Source: Eukaryota sp. TZLM1-RC
Taxonomy: Eukaryota; Protista; Metamonada: BaSk clade
Assembly (NCBI GenBank): GCA_040285825.1
Contig: JAUPSS010000014.1
Span: 324,321-388,320, forward strand
Reading direction: 5' to 3'
DNA length: 64,000 nucleotides
Shown: positions 13,243 to 26,500 of the stretch, one piece after another
Position numbering within the stretch: the stretch's first letter is position 1
Layout of the letters: each line of letters begins with the position of its first letter
Notes under the pieces: generated by a model
What the model saw: the letters and a program-made list of their open reading frames with translations, nothing else
The model's database searches: none
Told to the model about the DNA's origin: nothing
Translations under genes and position numbers: made by a program

Positions 13243-14412
13243 ATGGTAAAGAAAAACAAGGCCAAGGCTTCCTCCAAGGCATCCATATCAAGTCCTACAG
13301 CACAGTCCAAGTCTGGCACCTGTTGCACAACTAGTACTGACCTATTCAAACATCTTCCTGCTTTCTACTCTGTTACCTCAAGCTCACTCAAGCAGACATT
13401 TGATTTAAATACAATACATCCAGCAATTCAGAAAGTAGGTTTGAAGACTTCAAACAAACTACTGAATCGAGGAAGATCGAGGTCTATCGCCATGTTAGAA
13501 GCTTTCCAGCAACTCATTAGTGATCACAAGGTGGATCCTCAACAAACCTTAATGTCATCTCTGCTCAAGTCCATAACCCTATCTGAAAGATTCCTTGATA
13601 AATGTAGACCTCTGGCTCCTGCCCAACTTTCTATCTTGCAATACCTCAAGCTCTACATGTCCAGTCTTCCTCAAGATGAAGAATCGTCAAGAGCGAAGCT
13701 TATCGAGTATTGCACACATTTTATTGATACACGGATCCACGTGGCTTCTGATCTGATTGGCGAACACATACGGTCAAAATTAACCCAAGATGATGTGATT
13801 TTGACCTATGGAGCCTCAACAACCGTTCTATCTGCTCTCATTTCTGCTTCTAGAATGACCAAGTTCAAGGTCATAGTGGTTGACTCAAGACCTGATGAAG
13901 AAGGTTTTCGTGCAGTGGAACGCTTAACAAAGGAAGGAATCGAAACCACCTTTTGCTTACTAACTGGACTTTCTTTCGTTATCTCCAAGGTGACAAAGGT
14001 CATTTTGGGAGTTTCAGCAATGCTTTCCAATGGTTCGGCATTTGGTCTATGTGGTACGGCCACTGTGGCTCTCACTGCTCATGCTTCAAACATCCCTGTT
14101 GTTGTGGTTTGCGAAACCTATCGTTTTATTGAACATTGCCAGTTAGACTCTGTCACCTGGAACGAACTTGGTGATCCTCATGATTTGGTAGTTGCAGATG
14201 TACCACGGCCTTTATCATCAACGCGACCAAGCGAAGTAACAGAGGGTAATATAGGGGGATTTGCCACTAATGATAATCTTGACATTCTCAACTTAGTTTA
14301 TGACGTTACTCCAATCCATTACATTGATGTTATAGTTTCGGAATGGGGTTATATCCCCCCAACGGCTGTCCCATTAGTTTTAAGGGAGTTTAAAGAGTCG
14401 GCGATATTTTGA
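13243..14412 (+). CDS. EIF2B4: Translation initiation factor eIF-2B subunit delta
   Basis: IF-2B family motifs IHPAI, CRPL, VILTYGAS, FKVIVVDSRP..EG, SNGS, VPVVVVCETYRF, NELGDP, LNLVYDVTP, PPTAVPLVLRE. Confidence 0.92.
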   Translation: MVKKNKAKASSKASISSPTAQSKSGTCCTTSTDLFKHLPAFYSVTSSSLKQTFDLNTIHPAIQKVGLKTSNKLLNRGRSRSIAMLEAFQQLISDHKVDPQQTLMSSLLKSITLSERFLDKCRPLAPAQLSILQYLKLYMSSLPQDEESSRAKLIEYCTHFIDTRIHVASDLIGEHIRSKLTQDDVILTYGASTTVLSALISASRMTKFKVIVVDSRPDEEGFRAVERLTKEGIETTFCLLTGLSFVISKVTKVILGVSAMLSNGSAFGLCGTATVALTAHASNIPVVVVCETYRFIEHCQLDSVTWNELGDPHDLVVADVPRPLSSTRPSEVTEGNIGGFATNDNLDILNLVYDVTPIHYIDVIVSEWGYIPPTAVPLVLREFKESAIF

Positions 14413-14835
14413 TAATAAAAATGATAGTTTGTGTTGTTGTTGTTTTTGGTTGTTGTTTTTGGTTGTTTTTGCAAATCATTCGCAACAAGTTCAAAAGAAA
14501 AAATCGCTAAAAAATCTTATAAATAATGCCCACTCTGCTGCTCAATCCTCATGAACGACACCAAGTATTCCAATAATTTATTTTCAATAAGCAAAACCAA
14601 TAATAATTTTGAAGCAGGAAGAAGCTGACGTTGGCCTATAGCCTTATTTAGTGAGTTATAGTTATAGTTGATAAACAGCCGTTGGGTTGAAAGCATATGG
14701 ATTGATGAACATCTGTTCTCGTTTGTACTACTCTTTTTTTTGTGCACATAACCCAACACTAAATTTGAAATGATATAGAACGTTGACTGTAAAGTTGATG
14801 ATATACTCCAGGTTACATCTCCCTGATAGTTGCTG

Positions 14836-15459
14836 ATGACCATCAAAGGATTCCTTTATGACAAATTCATGTCTTTGTTTGAAAGGAAGCTTGGACGTGC
14901 CCTACGATCTCAACTATGTGATGGTATTTCCGGCAGAGTACTCGACATTGGTTCTGGTACCGGGGCAAACTTACCTTATATCAAAAAGTCTGCTGATCAG
15001 AAGGGTGATTTTGTTGAAGTCGTTTCTGTTGACCCTTCATCATCTTTTAATTCTGTCTCAGAAAAACGTGCTGCTGATCTAGGTCTGCATCACACAATAG
15101 TTGAGACCATGTTCGAGGAATATTCCAGTTCACAACCATTTGATTATATAATTTCTTCTCTAACAATGTGTTCTTGTGCGGATTTAGAAAGGTACACTCT
15201 CAACGCCCTTTCGCTACTCAAACCTGGCGGAGAGTTTAGATTTCTTGAACACACCTATTCTTATCGTCCTTTGTTACGATATTTGCAAACAGTTATAGAC
15301 AAAATTACCCATTTCCTCACCCAAAAGCCAGGTCACCTCACACGTCCAATTGTTGAAACAATTGAATCAAGTTTTCCTCTATGTACAATTTTAGAAGAGC
15401 GGAATACAGTTTTCCCCATTTGTAGATTTGTACTGGGTGTTGGTAAAAGCAGTTTCTAA
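14836..15459 (+). CDS. Class I SAM-dependent methyltransferase (METTL7/type 11-like)
   Basis: VLDIGSGTGAN motif I, VDPS, FDYII, LTMCS, LKPGGEFRFLEH. ATG at 14836. Confidence 0.88.
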   Translation: MTIKGFLYDKFMSLFERKLGRALRSQLCDGISGRVLDIGSGTGANLPYIKKSADQKGDFVEVVSVDPSSSFNSVSEKRAADLGLHHTIVETMFEEYSSSQPFDYIISSLTMCSCADLERYTLNALSLLKPGGEFRFLEHTYSYRPLLRYLQTVIDKITHFLTQKPGHLTRPIVETIESSFPLCTILEERNTVFPICRFVLGVGKSSF

Positions 15460-15699
15460 ATTGTAATAATATGGGTTTATTCTACATCGATTTGTTCTAC
15501 GATTTTTGAGGATGTGAATTGCCACATTTAAACTTTCCATGTTTCTTTATGGTAATATTTCATTTTTGTCTTGGAGTCCACGTGTTGAATGAAGATATTG
15601 GAATTTGAACTGAAATTGTGAAATAACGACAATGATTACTTTAGAGGTAATGAAAAGGAAGTATAATCAAATTTTATTTCAAGAAACTGTATGAGCTTT

Positions 15700-15977
15700 A
15701 AACAAAAGAATGTGGCATAATTTTAATAGTCGAATTAATGCTGATTATTAAATCTCAGACGGTGATTGGCAGTTTCAGCCAGGTTGTTTTTGAATATCGA
15801 AGCTGGGAACAACAAAAACACATGAAATTCAAAGAACCTGCCAAAAGAACAGATTTGAGAATTGTTTTTCAAAAGGATGGTTATAAGGCGGCACTCAGTG
15901 TGTTGGCCGTGACGGAAGCATATGTAGGTAGTGGAGATTGTTCAATATTCGTGCAAAGAGTCAGAATCAAAAGTTGA
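15700..15977 (+). pseudogene. Internally deleted Fanzor fragment (same subfamily as 46070-47368)
   Basis: WEQQKHMKFKEPAKRTDLRIVFQKDGYK joined directly to LAVTEAYVGSGD. Compare WEQRKHKKFKEPTKRKGLRILFRKDSYR and LAVMEAHVKGGD at 46.9-47.2 kb. Confidence 0.75.
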
Positions 15978-16238
15978 CTCATAATCAATAAAAAAATTAA
16001 CAAAAATTAAAATAATCAAAATAAAATAATTAATCACACTTGAGCGAATTCAATTGAGTGGTCAAACTTTGGCATTTGATACAATTGTGGAAATTAACAA
16101 TCAATTTGAAATTGCAATCAGCATGGCAGACATCGTATCTGACAGAATGAAGGAAATATCTTCCAAAACAATCAATTCCTGTTCATTAGTGTAATAGGGA
16201 CGACTCTTATTTCATTGTTGTCAACAATATTTGTAAGA

Positions 16239-17474
16239 ATGGGACAACGGTTCTCCATCCCTAGAACACAGTCCCTTGTCCATCAATCTCTTCCTGAGAT
16301 CACTTATCCACGATCCCACTTTCACTCCCTACATCTCAATCAGCATCTCAAATTCATCGTGTTAGTACAACTTGCTAGACTCATTATCCCGTCAGATTCT
16401 GGCTATCTTCACGAGCTTGGTCTTTTTCGATTTCTTTCAAAGACGATTTCTGTAAGCAAACAATGTAGGAACATGGCTTTTCAGTCTTTGAACTCTCTCC
16501 AACTTCATTTTTCTCAGTCATTTTCGCCATCTTTTGTAATATCTAATCTTGTTAATTCTCAAGAAATCTCATTTACAATTGATTATTTGCCTTTGGAATT
16601 TAGTACCAGTTCCCTCAATAAAGCGTGTCATTTGTCAATTAATTCTTGTTATTTTGAATGGAATTTCCTGAATTTATTCCCTAATCTAAAGTCGTTGATT
16701 ATAGAAACTAATCACAATTTGATTTTTGACCTACCTTCTGGCCTCGAGTCTTTGGAAGTCAATGGACTATTGCCCTGTAGTCCACTTTGCGATTTCACCA
16801 ATTTACCTAATTCAATTAAATCAATCACGCTTTTTAGAATCAAAAATGTTGTTGGTTTTGATTATCTATCAAATTTGCATTCATTATGTTTGAAGAATGT
16901 AGCCAAGATTGATGTATCTAATTTTTCTTTATTTTTAAAGTTGAAAACCTTGCAAATTCACCAATGTTTATTTACTGATTTGTATTTATCAAATTCTCAA
17001 TTGGAATCATTGACTTTGGTTGACCTTCCATTTTTGGAATATTTGATGGTCGACTCTAGGATTGAAATTTTGATGTTGTCACATTGTCCATCTTTGGGTA
17101 AAGATTTCCACTTCTCTAATTCTAAAAATGTATCTTCACTGTTTACATCTCATTTGTTGATGTTTAATTATTTTTCAAATCATTTTGTCAAAAAATTGAC
17201 ATTGTCAGACATGATTTTTGACGCTTTTCCTTCTGTACCTGAGTCGACAATAGTTTTAAATATTCAAACTTGTCATGTCAAGCAGTTTGACATGATCTCT
17301 TCTATTGTTGAACTTGGAATTTTTGAATCTTTTATACCCTTTCAAGAATTACAATTATCATTTCCAAATACATTGGTTATAAATTGTAATGATGAGTTAT
17401 ATGAAACATTATTGATTTATTTTCCAAAAGAAAAACTAAATGTAATTTCATCATACTTGTCATTGAAAATTTAA
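16239..17474 (+). CDS. Leucine-rich repeat-like protein
   Basis: Repeated LxxLxL units (FPNLKSLII, LPSGLESLEV, LSNLHSLCL, LKLKTLQI, LESLTL). ATG at 16239 gives an MG start. Confidence 0.65.
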   Translation: MGQRFSIPRTQSLVHQSLPEITYPRSHFHSLHLNQHLKFIVLVQLARLIIPSDSGYLHELGLFRFLSKTISVSKQCRNMAFQSLNSLQLHFSQSFSPSFVISNLVNSQEISFTIDYLPLEFSTSSLNKACHLSINSCYFEWNFLNLFPNLKSLIIETNHNLIFDLPSGLESLEVNGLLPCSPLCDFTNLPNSIKSITLFRIKNVVGFDYLSNLHSLCLKNVAKIDVSNFSLFLKLKTLQIHQCLFTDLYLSNSQLESLTLVDLPFLEYLMVDSRIEILMLSHCPSLGKDFHFSNSKNVSSLFTSHLLMFNYFSNHFVKKLTLSDMIFDAFPSVPESTIVLNIQTCHVKQFDMISSIVELGIFESFIPFQELQLSFPNTLVINCNDELYETLLIYFPKEKLNVISSYLSLKI

Positions 17475-17501
17475 AAAATTCATTAATTTTTTTAATAATA
17501 G

Positions 17502-20500
17502 CTAAATATAAGGACCATAGCCTTCAAAAGTTCTAAAAATCAAATTTTCGTCACATGCCAGTTCAATCAATTCATCAACTTGATTACTGACATCCAAAAT
17601 ATCGTCATCATCCCAATCAACTATAATTGAATTGATTGCAGTTGCAGTTCCTTTCAACCTGCCAAATTCAGACATTTTTAATTTTTTTGCTGGATTAAAT
17701 AGGTCAAATGCTTTTTTAATTAAAATTTTTGGACTTTTTCCTAATAATTTCTGGATAGCAAAATCAATTCTGGACGAAATTATTTCTGATTCAGAAAGTC
17801 TGCAACCATAAGAATTTATCAAAGTATTGGCTTGTTGTTTGAAGTCACTCAATGAACTATATTTTAAAGATTCAAATAATGGCATAATTAATAATAAAGA
17901 AGACCGTAAAGCTTTTAGAGCGTCTGAAAGCCCTCTTTTTGTATAACCAATGGGATCTAATGGTTTGAAGACATTTTGGAAACTTTGGGTGAACCTAAAA
18001 GGGATCACTTCTGGAATCGGGACTGACATTGATATATCAAATGACTGACCAAAATCAATCAAACATAAATGACCAGTCGACTTTTGATAAAGATAGTTGC
18101 CTAGGTGTCTGTCTCCCAATCCTAGGATATAACCAACTGCGGCAGAACTCACTACGTCTGATCTAAATTGGGTCAATTGTTTTAAAAATTCAAAAGAATT
18201 TCCTGAATTTTGCTCAATTAAATCTCTAAATAAATTTTTGGGAACCATATTTTTAGTTTCGTCAGCCAATTCTAATACCTTCTCCCTTGTCATTGCTCTG
18301 CTTGGTGATGAATAGGCCTTTTTATAATGATTCTTAGCTCTGGTAGCACCTTGTAATGCACTATTATCATTTAAAACTACTGAAGTTAGAGGTTCAGTAT
18401 CTGGAATAAAAGTAATCAGACTAAAGTAATTTGTTAAAGGAATAACATCATATTGCACAATCTTAAATCTTTCTAAAGATTGAGACTGAAAAGCCAGGTT
18501 ACAGGAGGTAAAAAAACGCTGAACATGCTGGTCCAATCTCAGGTCCTCTCCACCTTTGAAAATCAATTGGACTGAATGACCATTGGACATAATTAAAGAT
18601 AACCGACAGGGTTTTCTGATCGATTGAAGGAATTGAATATTTGTGGAAATGCCAACAATCGACAATGACGAATTGGGATCAAACGAAATATTTGAAAAAT
18701 TAAAATCGTCCAAAATTTTAGAAAAATCAGATAATCTGCGCTTTGAATTATTCATAAATTGCCTGAATTCTGAGGTTTGAGTCATTTCAGTTGCAATCTG
18801 CTTCCTTTTGGCTGGATATTTGAAAAATTCCTTGATTGAGGATGCATTCTTCTTTGCAAATTTACTATTGTATCCTCTCAATTTATGTCTTTCATCCTGA
18901 AAATCTTGCATTAAAACTGATATTAGATCAGAATTAGAAGCAGCATCTTTAAACCTTAGTTCAGGGAGAATCAAGAACCTGAATTGTGTAACAAAGGTAC
19001 TAACTTTAGATTCAAATAAATCATCAATCCAATCAGAAATGAGACTCATTGAAAGTTCATCTTTATAAGGATGTAGAGATATTATAGTGAAATTTTTGTC
19101 AGTACTGACTAATTTTTCTAGTAAAAGTCGGGACAAATTTTGCTGTTCTGAATTGAAAATAGCAACAATAGAATGCATGAAATTTCTAAAATAGAGGTGG
19201 CTAATTGAAGGTAAATATGAAATAAATAATTCAACAATTTCTGTGTTTGATGTCATGTAGTCAAGAATTAAGGGAAACCATGCAGAAATTTTGACGAAAT
19301 TTTGAGTATCTGAAGGTGAAATTTTTACTGCAATACGACAAATGGTATCAACTAACTTTTGGTAATCACCAATTTGATTGAATAAAAGAGCCAATTTCAA
19401 ATGAATATTTACTAATCTGTCGTTCTCTAGATGTGACAAGCGTAAATTTTGGAGCTCTTCGATCAAAAGAGATTGATTTGATTGTGACATTGAGCCTGAA
19501 TCACTCAGTGTTTGGGTTAGTTCCAATCTAATATAATCAAAATTTAAAAAACTTGATTTCAAAAAAGTAGAATCTGTAACTGAACTGAAATCTGTCTGTA
19601 ATAGAGATTGACACGTGGAAATTTTTGATTGATCTCTATTCGTCAACATTACAAATATGTCTTTTAATAATGGGATTTGATCCATAAAGTTGGATAATTG
19701 ATCGTGAACAAGTTCCCGAATTCCAGGAAAACTTGATGAAAATTTCAAACACTTGAGTAATATAGATATACAAAAATCATTGACATGGAACTCGGTCAAA
19801 AATTTGGGATTATGAGTGACAATTAGACATCTAATCAGTGAATCTCGAACATTACTGATATCATCCGAATCCCTTCTTTCTTGTAGCCAGGAATTCAAAA
19901 GAGTCATAACGTCATCAGATGACGTGATTTGATTGTAATCCAGAACGTCCACCAAAGGTCCAAGTGAGGTTACATTACGCAACACAGGTTCAATTGCATA
20001 GCAGTGCTCCAAAGAAGGTACAGATTGAGAAATTAATTTGATAACAGAAGAAATTGTACTAGAGAAATCCTTGCAAACAATATTAGAAACTATACTCCAA
20101 TAAGGCAGTTTTCTGTTAATAAGTGACTCAGAAATGTCCAAAAATGACTGTGAATCACGGTCAATCACGTCATTAACACGTTTAATCATGTTATAATCAA
20201 CATCACTGATTGAAAAACTTCCAAAAATAGCGGAATTGATCATTGAAGGGGTTAAAAACCTATTTTTTGGGGGTCTGAATACATTATCGACCTCTACAAT
20301 TTCCAAAACACCTTCCCAATCACCCAGCATCACTAGTGAACGATACAGTCCTTCTTCGAATACCAAAGTAAAAGAAGTGGCAAAATCATCTACTGGAAGG
20401 GTTTCCAAGGTATTGATGCAGGTTGAGTAATGATCCTCTGCAGATTCAAAGTCAAAATTTAACTCACTGACAAGCGCATTGACACCTGTCTTGAGCTCGT

Positions 20501-23500
20501 CATGTTGACACAAAGAGATCAATGACAACATGGCAGTTTCAGCTTCCATTTTTAAATTTAATTCTTTATAAAGAGGGATTAATCGGGATAAGTAAATTGC
20601 TGAATATCGAGGATAAGATTCATTCAATGACAATGCTTCCAAAAGTCGAATCAAGGGCTGGATTAAATCAAATGTTAGTGCTTCTGATACAAAAGTGTCC
20701 AAGTAATATGAACATAAATTCTGATGCAAGTCATGGTGGAAATGATTGGCGAAAAGTGGTAAAATTTCAAATATTGGAAGCAAAACAGACTTATCCTTGA
20801 CAGAATGAGCTAGGGAGAGTATATTTAGAATACAAGCTGAGGAATTTCCCATAAAGAAAGGTAGAATAGAGCACAAAAATGCTCTGAACAAACTTTGAGT
20901 CAGTGACTCGTCATTGAAGGACAAGTAAAGCAAGGGTTCAACTAAATCTTTGGTACTCAAATCTAGATCCACAAACTCACCAGTTCTGTAGCTTTTACGA
21001 AGGACTCCCTGAGAATCTGTTCGAACCTTTCTACTTAAAAGACTCTTATCAAAACCCGGAGTAAATCGTTTTCTAGGAGCTTTTGGCTTGTCTTCTTGAG
21101 ATTTCTCCAAAATTTTAAATTTTTGCAGTACAGCTGGCAGGTTGTCAGCACTAACAAGTGATTCATATTCGTCGAAAGTACCACCAATTTCGGTTGTGAG
21201 AGTAGAGAAAAACTGAGAAAAAAAGGTCAGACCAGTTATAGAGGCAGTTTCGAGGTTGATTTTTTTTGAGGTATATGATCCTTCAATGGCATTTGAAATG
21301 CGTACGACTGGGATGGCATCAATCAAAAGGGAGTTAAAAACTGGCAGCACAAGAGACCTTGAAGTATGAAAAACATTGGTTTTGTGGATAGAGTCTAATA
21401 GATTGGAAAAACGGTAAATTAAATCACCTGGCAAATTAAAAGTTAATTGGGGTAAAATTAACTCAATATCATCAAGTTTTGGAACAAAGCAAATGATATA
21501 ATTGAAAGCTAAATCTTTAAATTCCTGAGAAATTGACTCAGAATGTCTGATAAACGATAAAACTTTGGAATATTCAGTGTGAACATCACCATTGGCATTT
21601 TCCATTATGTTATCAAAATTCTGGAAGACCAAAGAAATTAAATCTTCGGTATACCGTGCGTCTTCTAACAGATTCAAGACTAATTTCAGAGCAGCTACTG
21701 TGCATTTAGTGTCAGAACTGGTAAGTAAATGATTGAATTGAGGAATTACAGCGGTGATTAACATTTCTAATCTATAGAAATGAACAGTGGATAAAAGTAA
21801 TAAAAGTGATTCTAATAGTAAATGTTTGTCAATACCAGAGGTGGAGAGATTGATAAGATCAATAAATTGAGGCTCAAATTTTAACAGAAAATTAGAATCT
21901 TTTTTACCAATATTGAAAACAATTCTTAAAAACATATTATAATGTTGATCAACGAAAACTCCACGTGCTTGATTGACCACTGATGAGGTCAAGTTGTCGA
22001 TTTCAGGGTCAGAAATTCCCATAGAGGAAACCAAAACAGAGCCGATTGCTGATGCCGAATTTGAGTGAACATCCACTCGCGGAACACCCAGACTTTTTGC
22101 CAAAAACACAAATAAATTAGACCATTTTGAGCACTTAGATTGGGACAAAGAATGATTGTAACCACTATCAAACAACAATTGAACCAAATTAGACGCCACA
22201 TAGAGGGTGACTTCTTTTGACCGGTCTTTCATAGTCAAGCGACCTACACGTGATAGGTCAGAAACTCCTTTAAATCCTTGATTAAAGAGGTAGATACAAG
22301 AATCAAAATTGATATCAACAAGAGGTGCCCAAAAGGATAAAAATTTTCCAATAATTTCCAAATTATTCTTAATGACAGCGTAATTATGGGTGTTTTCTCG
22401 TACAAATCTTGATATTAATATTGCAATAAAACTTGATGCTAAGGAAGGATTATTTTTACCAAGATCAACAATACATTTTCCACTTTCTTGATTTGCCCAA
22501 TCAATCAAAAGAAGGCAAGAATCACGAAGAAAATAATGAATTCCAGGAGATTTTAAAATTCTATCGTCCATGGTAGTTTCATCAATTAAGACTTGGATAA
22601 TTGACTCTAAATAATGTTCAATAAAAGGAACAAAAAGAGACTGTCTGTTTAAAATTACCTTTAAAAAGAAAAGCCGAACTAATAATGAATACTGTGAACC
22701 TAATAGTTTCAGAATCGTTTTAAAAGGGCCAGCAAAATCTTTGAAGCTCTCCGGTAGCCAATCTAAAGCTGCCAAGACACAAGGCATAATCGTAATAGAA
22801 TTAAAAAAATCTAATTCAAATTCACTCTCAAATTGATTATCTACAATGCTAACTGGTTGTGAAAAAGGAGTTACATTGGTACCGAATAAGTGATCCTGAC
22901 TGCTTGACAAGGAAAGACTAGACTCTGTAATCAAAGAATCATGAGTCGAGGTATCACGTTTACCTTCCGTTTCAAAGGTAGTTTCGACCTTGAAAACTGG
23001 CAAGTCTTCTGAATTCAAGAGAAATTCAGACCAAATAGGATGTTTTGCACTTGGACTCAGTACATAAGCATCCACTAGTTTTTCTTGCTTTTCTAACTTT
23101 GCCGTCGCTACCACAATGTTTACTATACTGCAAAAAGCTGCTTGCCTAAAAGAAAAAAGACAATCCTTGATAAAATTAGCAATGTTGGAATCAAAGGATG
23201 AATCTTGAAGAAATGGTGGATTTCCTGTTACTCGTAAAGGTAAAAACTTTTGGATTAATTCCCTTCCAAGATTGGGATTGTTTAATTGTGTAGTTAATTC
23301 CTCTTTAAGGAAAATTTTATCTAATTTATGATAAAAATTGGAAATTAAATTGAGTGAAATGGACTTATTACTGTAAAATGAGCATAATTCAGCATAATTG
23401 TGATCTTTAAGAGCACGGGATATGATGACGTCATCTGATGACGTGGCTATTTCAATGAGAACAGGAATGAGCTTGACTGCTACATCATTTAGAATCTGAG

Positions 23501-26500
23501 TGTTGATCAAGTTTGATTTGAAGATAGGAAAAACAAAAGTATCGAAAAATATCCTTTTTGCTCTGTAAATGAATGAATTTTCAAAAAGAGTAGTAATTGA
23601 ATTGAACAAAGAGATCAAGATGGATTCATCCTCCAAAATTTTGTCCATGACACTTTCTGACAACTTTTTAAACCTAGTGTTCCAATCAGAAGAAACATTT
23701 TCTTTAAATGAATACCAACCAAGAATAGATAATAACAAATCAATTGATTCCCTTAAACAATTTTCATTGACAACAATTAAGTTTGGTAAAATCCCAATCA
23801 AATAATCAAATCGCTCCAAGCAGGCAATGTACACCGCTGAAGAGGAGTCTTGAATGGTCAAGGGGTTGGCTGGCAAACTTTCGAGAAGGGGGGAAGCAAA
23901 GGTGTTTACAAGAGGTAAAGAAATAGCTTTAACTTTTGCAAAATTACAGATTAATTGAAAAGAATAAACTGCTTTTTCTGTTCTTCGACCACTAAACCTG
24001 GACTTTTGCATGAAAGATGTGGAAATTTCAAGACACAAATCCAAAAATTCAGCGTCAATGTCAATTATTTGATGAGGAAATGCCTCCAAAAACGCCAACA
24101 AAGCACAGCTCAGGTCCAAAGATAAGGGATCATTTGAGCAATGAAAAATATTTTGTGAATATTCTCTGCAAAATTCGATTAATTTCCTAACAGAAACTGA
24201 CGAAAATTTCATCAAATATTTATGTGATCTTTTCAGATACGCCAAGACGGACACTAATAAGTTAGGATTAAGCTCCCAAATTTCAGGATTATTTAAACTT
24301 TTTTCAATTAAAAAGACACAAAATTCATTAAAAAACTGATCCACAACCAAAGAGCCCAGAGCTTTTGGGGAGTTATCTGTATCAACCCTTTTTAGCTCTT
24401 TTAAGACTGAATCTGGAGGGGTAATTAAAAGGTAAACTATACACATTTGAGAACTTAATTCTGTTTTAGAGTTTGGGTTTTCCGGTATTTTTAAAATTTG
24501 GGAAAAACAACAAACCCTGAGAGTTTCGAGGTGTGATGGGTCAAAATATGCCATCTGATCACGTGTCTGATCACGTGTCAGTAGTTGAATTAAGAGCGCA
24601 AAAAGGCGAGAAAGAACAATTTCGTCACTCTTGTCGGAACCAATTTTTGAAATAACTCGTTGAGATAAAGTACTAAATGCAGATTGCAATTCATTAACAA
24701 ACTGATACTTTGAAAGAAAAGTCCCCAAAGTATAACTCAAACGCTCAAAATATCGGTCCAAAATAAATGGAGGAATTCCTAAATGATCCAGACGTGACAC
24801 TATTGTTTCAACCAAGTTATGTAGTGGCGAAGAAAAAGTTTTGGACTGACAAATGTGAGAAAATCGAAGAATTTCTATTAAAGTCAAGACATATTTTACA
24901 ATGTCAACCCCAGATTCAGACTGTTCCATTGGATTAAAAAGTCCAATTAGATTAATACCAGGCTCTGCGGATTCAAATAATGAATTAGAAGTATTATCAA
25001 CCAAGTCATGAGAAGTCAACCATCTTGCCAAGTACAGTTTGCCTAAAAGAGTTTCCAAAAAAGAATTATTGACAACTTCCGGAATTTCTAACCGCTTGTA
25101 TGCAGTAAGAGACAGTTGATTATGAATATCAGAATGATTTTTGAACCACGCCTGGATATTAACTGTACCCTTGAAATTTTCACCTTGTCTATTGATTAAA
25201 GGTAGCAGAACAGACATTATTCGGAGAACTTCCTTCAAATACCTAAACTTTGAAGTAGAAATTGATTCCAAAAACCGTAAACAAAACGCATTTAAATTAT
25301 CAAAATCAACTCTATCAGAGTTGCTCTCGCTCAATTCAAAACAATGTTTCTCAGTAATTTTCAAAAAGACTTTAATACCATCAAATAATGATTGAACATG
25401 CTCATCAGGATCGTCATGTAACATTTTCAACAAACTTCCAAAAAACGTCAATGAAAACTTAGAGGAAAGTTCCGAATTAGACATGAAAATTCTGTAAAAG
25501 GCTACATTTGAGACCCCAGGATTGAATAGAAACAAATCAATTACTCCCAATCTTTTCTTTAAATCAGGATCTCTTGATAGACCAATCAAAGGGGTGAAGA
25601 AGAGATCATAAAGTCGAACAAGGTCCAAATTTTCAGTCTTGGCTTGTCGAACTAAGTAGAATAGTTGAGCTGACAACACGGCAGCTGCAAAATTTCGTAA
25701 AGATGCATTTTGTTGATCTGAAAGTGCTTCAATGACAACTTCTATAAACGTGGGCAATTCTTTACAATATTCACGGTTAATTTGAATATAAATTAATAAT
25801 CTGCCAAATTGAATGGCTAAATCCCTAAACAATTGACGTGCAACAGTGTCCCCAGATGAAGCTAAAAATAGAATTTTTGGGAGAATGAACCGTAAAGAAT
25901 CCGAATGATCAGAAGACGGGCTAAACGAATTAACAATTAAAGAGCACAATCTGACAGTAATGGAATGTAGGCACTCAAAGGCGGAAATTCTGGTTTTCTT
26001 ATCTTTAGAATCAGCGAGTCTCAATATATGAGGTACAATTGGGCTGAAATCAATGGAAACTTCACCAGAAGTAGACGAAAACTGTATAGGAAACTCAAAT
26101 ATTACTGATTTCTTATCTTCAATTATTGAAAAAAACCGAGTTAGCTTTACTAAAATATTCGCCACCAGTGATTGTACATTAAAAGTATTCGTAACAGGAA
26201 AATCAAACCTAACTAGGGGGTACTGTCCGTATATAGGAACATTGGCAAAGTTGAATACCAAATCTTTATCAACAGCTTGAGACAACAATCTTTGTGCTTT
26301 TGAAAATAAGGAAAAAGCAATTGGTGAGAGAACTTTGGGGTTGAACTTTAGAAAAACTTGGTATAAAAGTTTTAAATTGTAATAAATAGAAGTCAGATAC
26401 TGAACTGGAAACGATAAAGAAACTTGAATTAAAGTCAAATGATCATTTGTTAATGTCTCAATAGGAATAACACTTATACAATGACTAATTGCCACCTGAG

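Noticed and set aside
14428-14470. GTT-rich repeat after eIF2B-delta
   Set aside because: Short low-complexity 3' UTR sequence.
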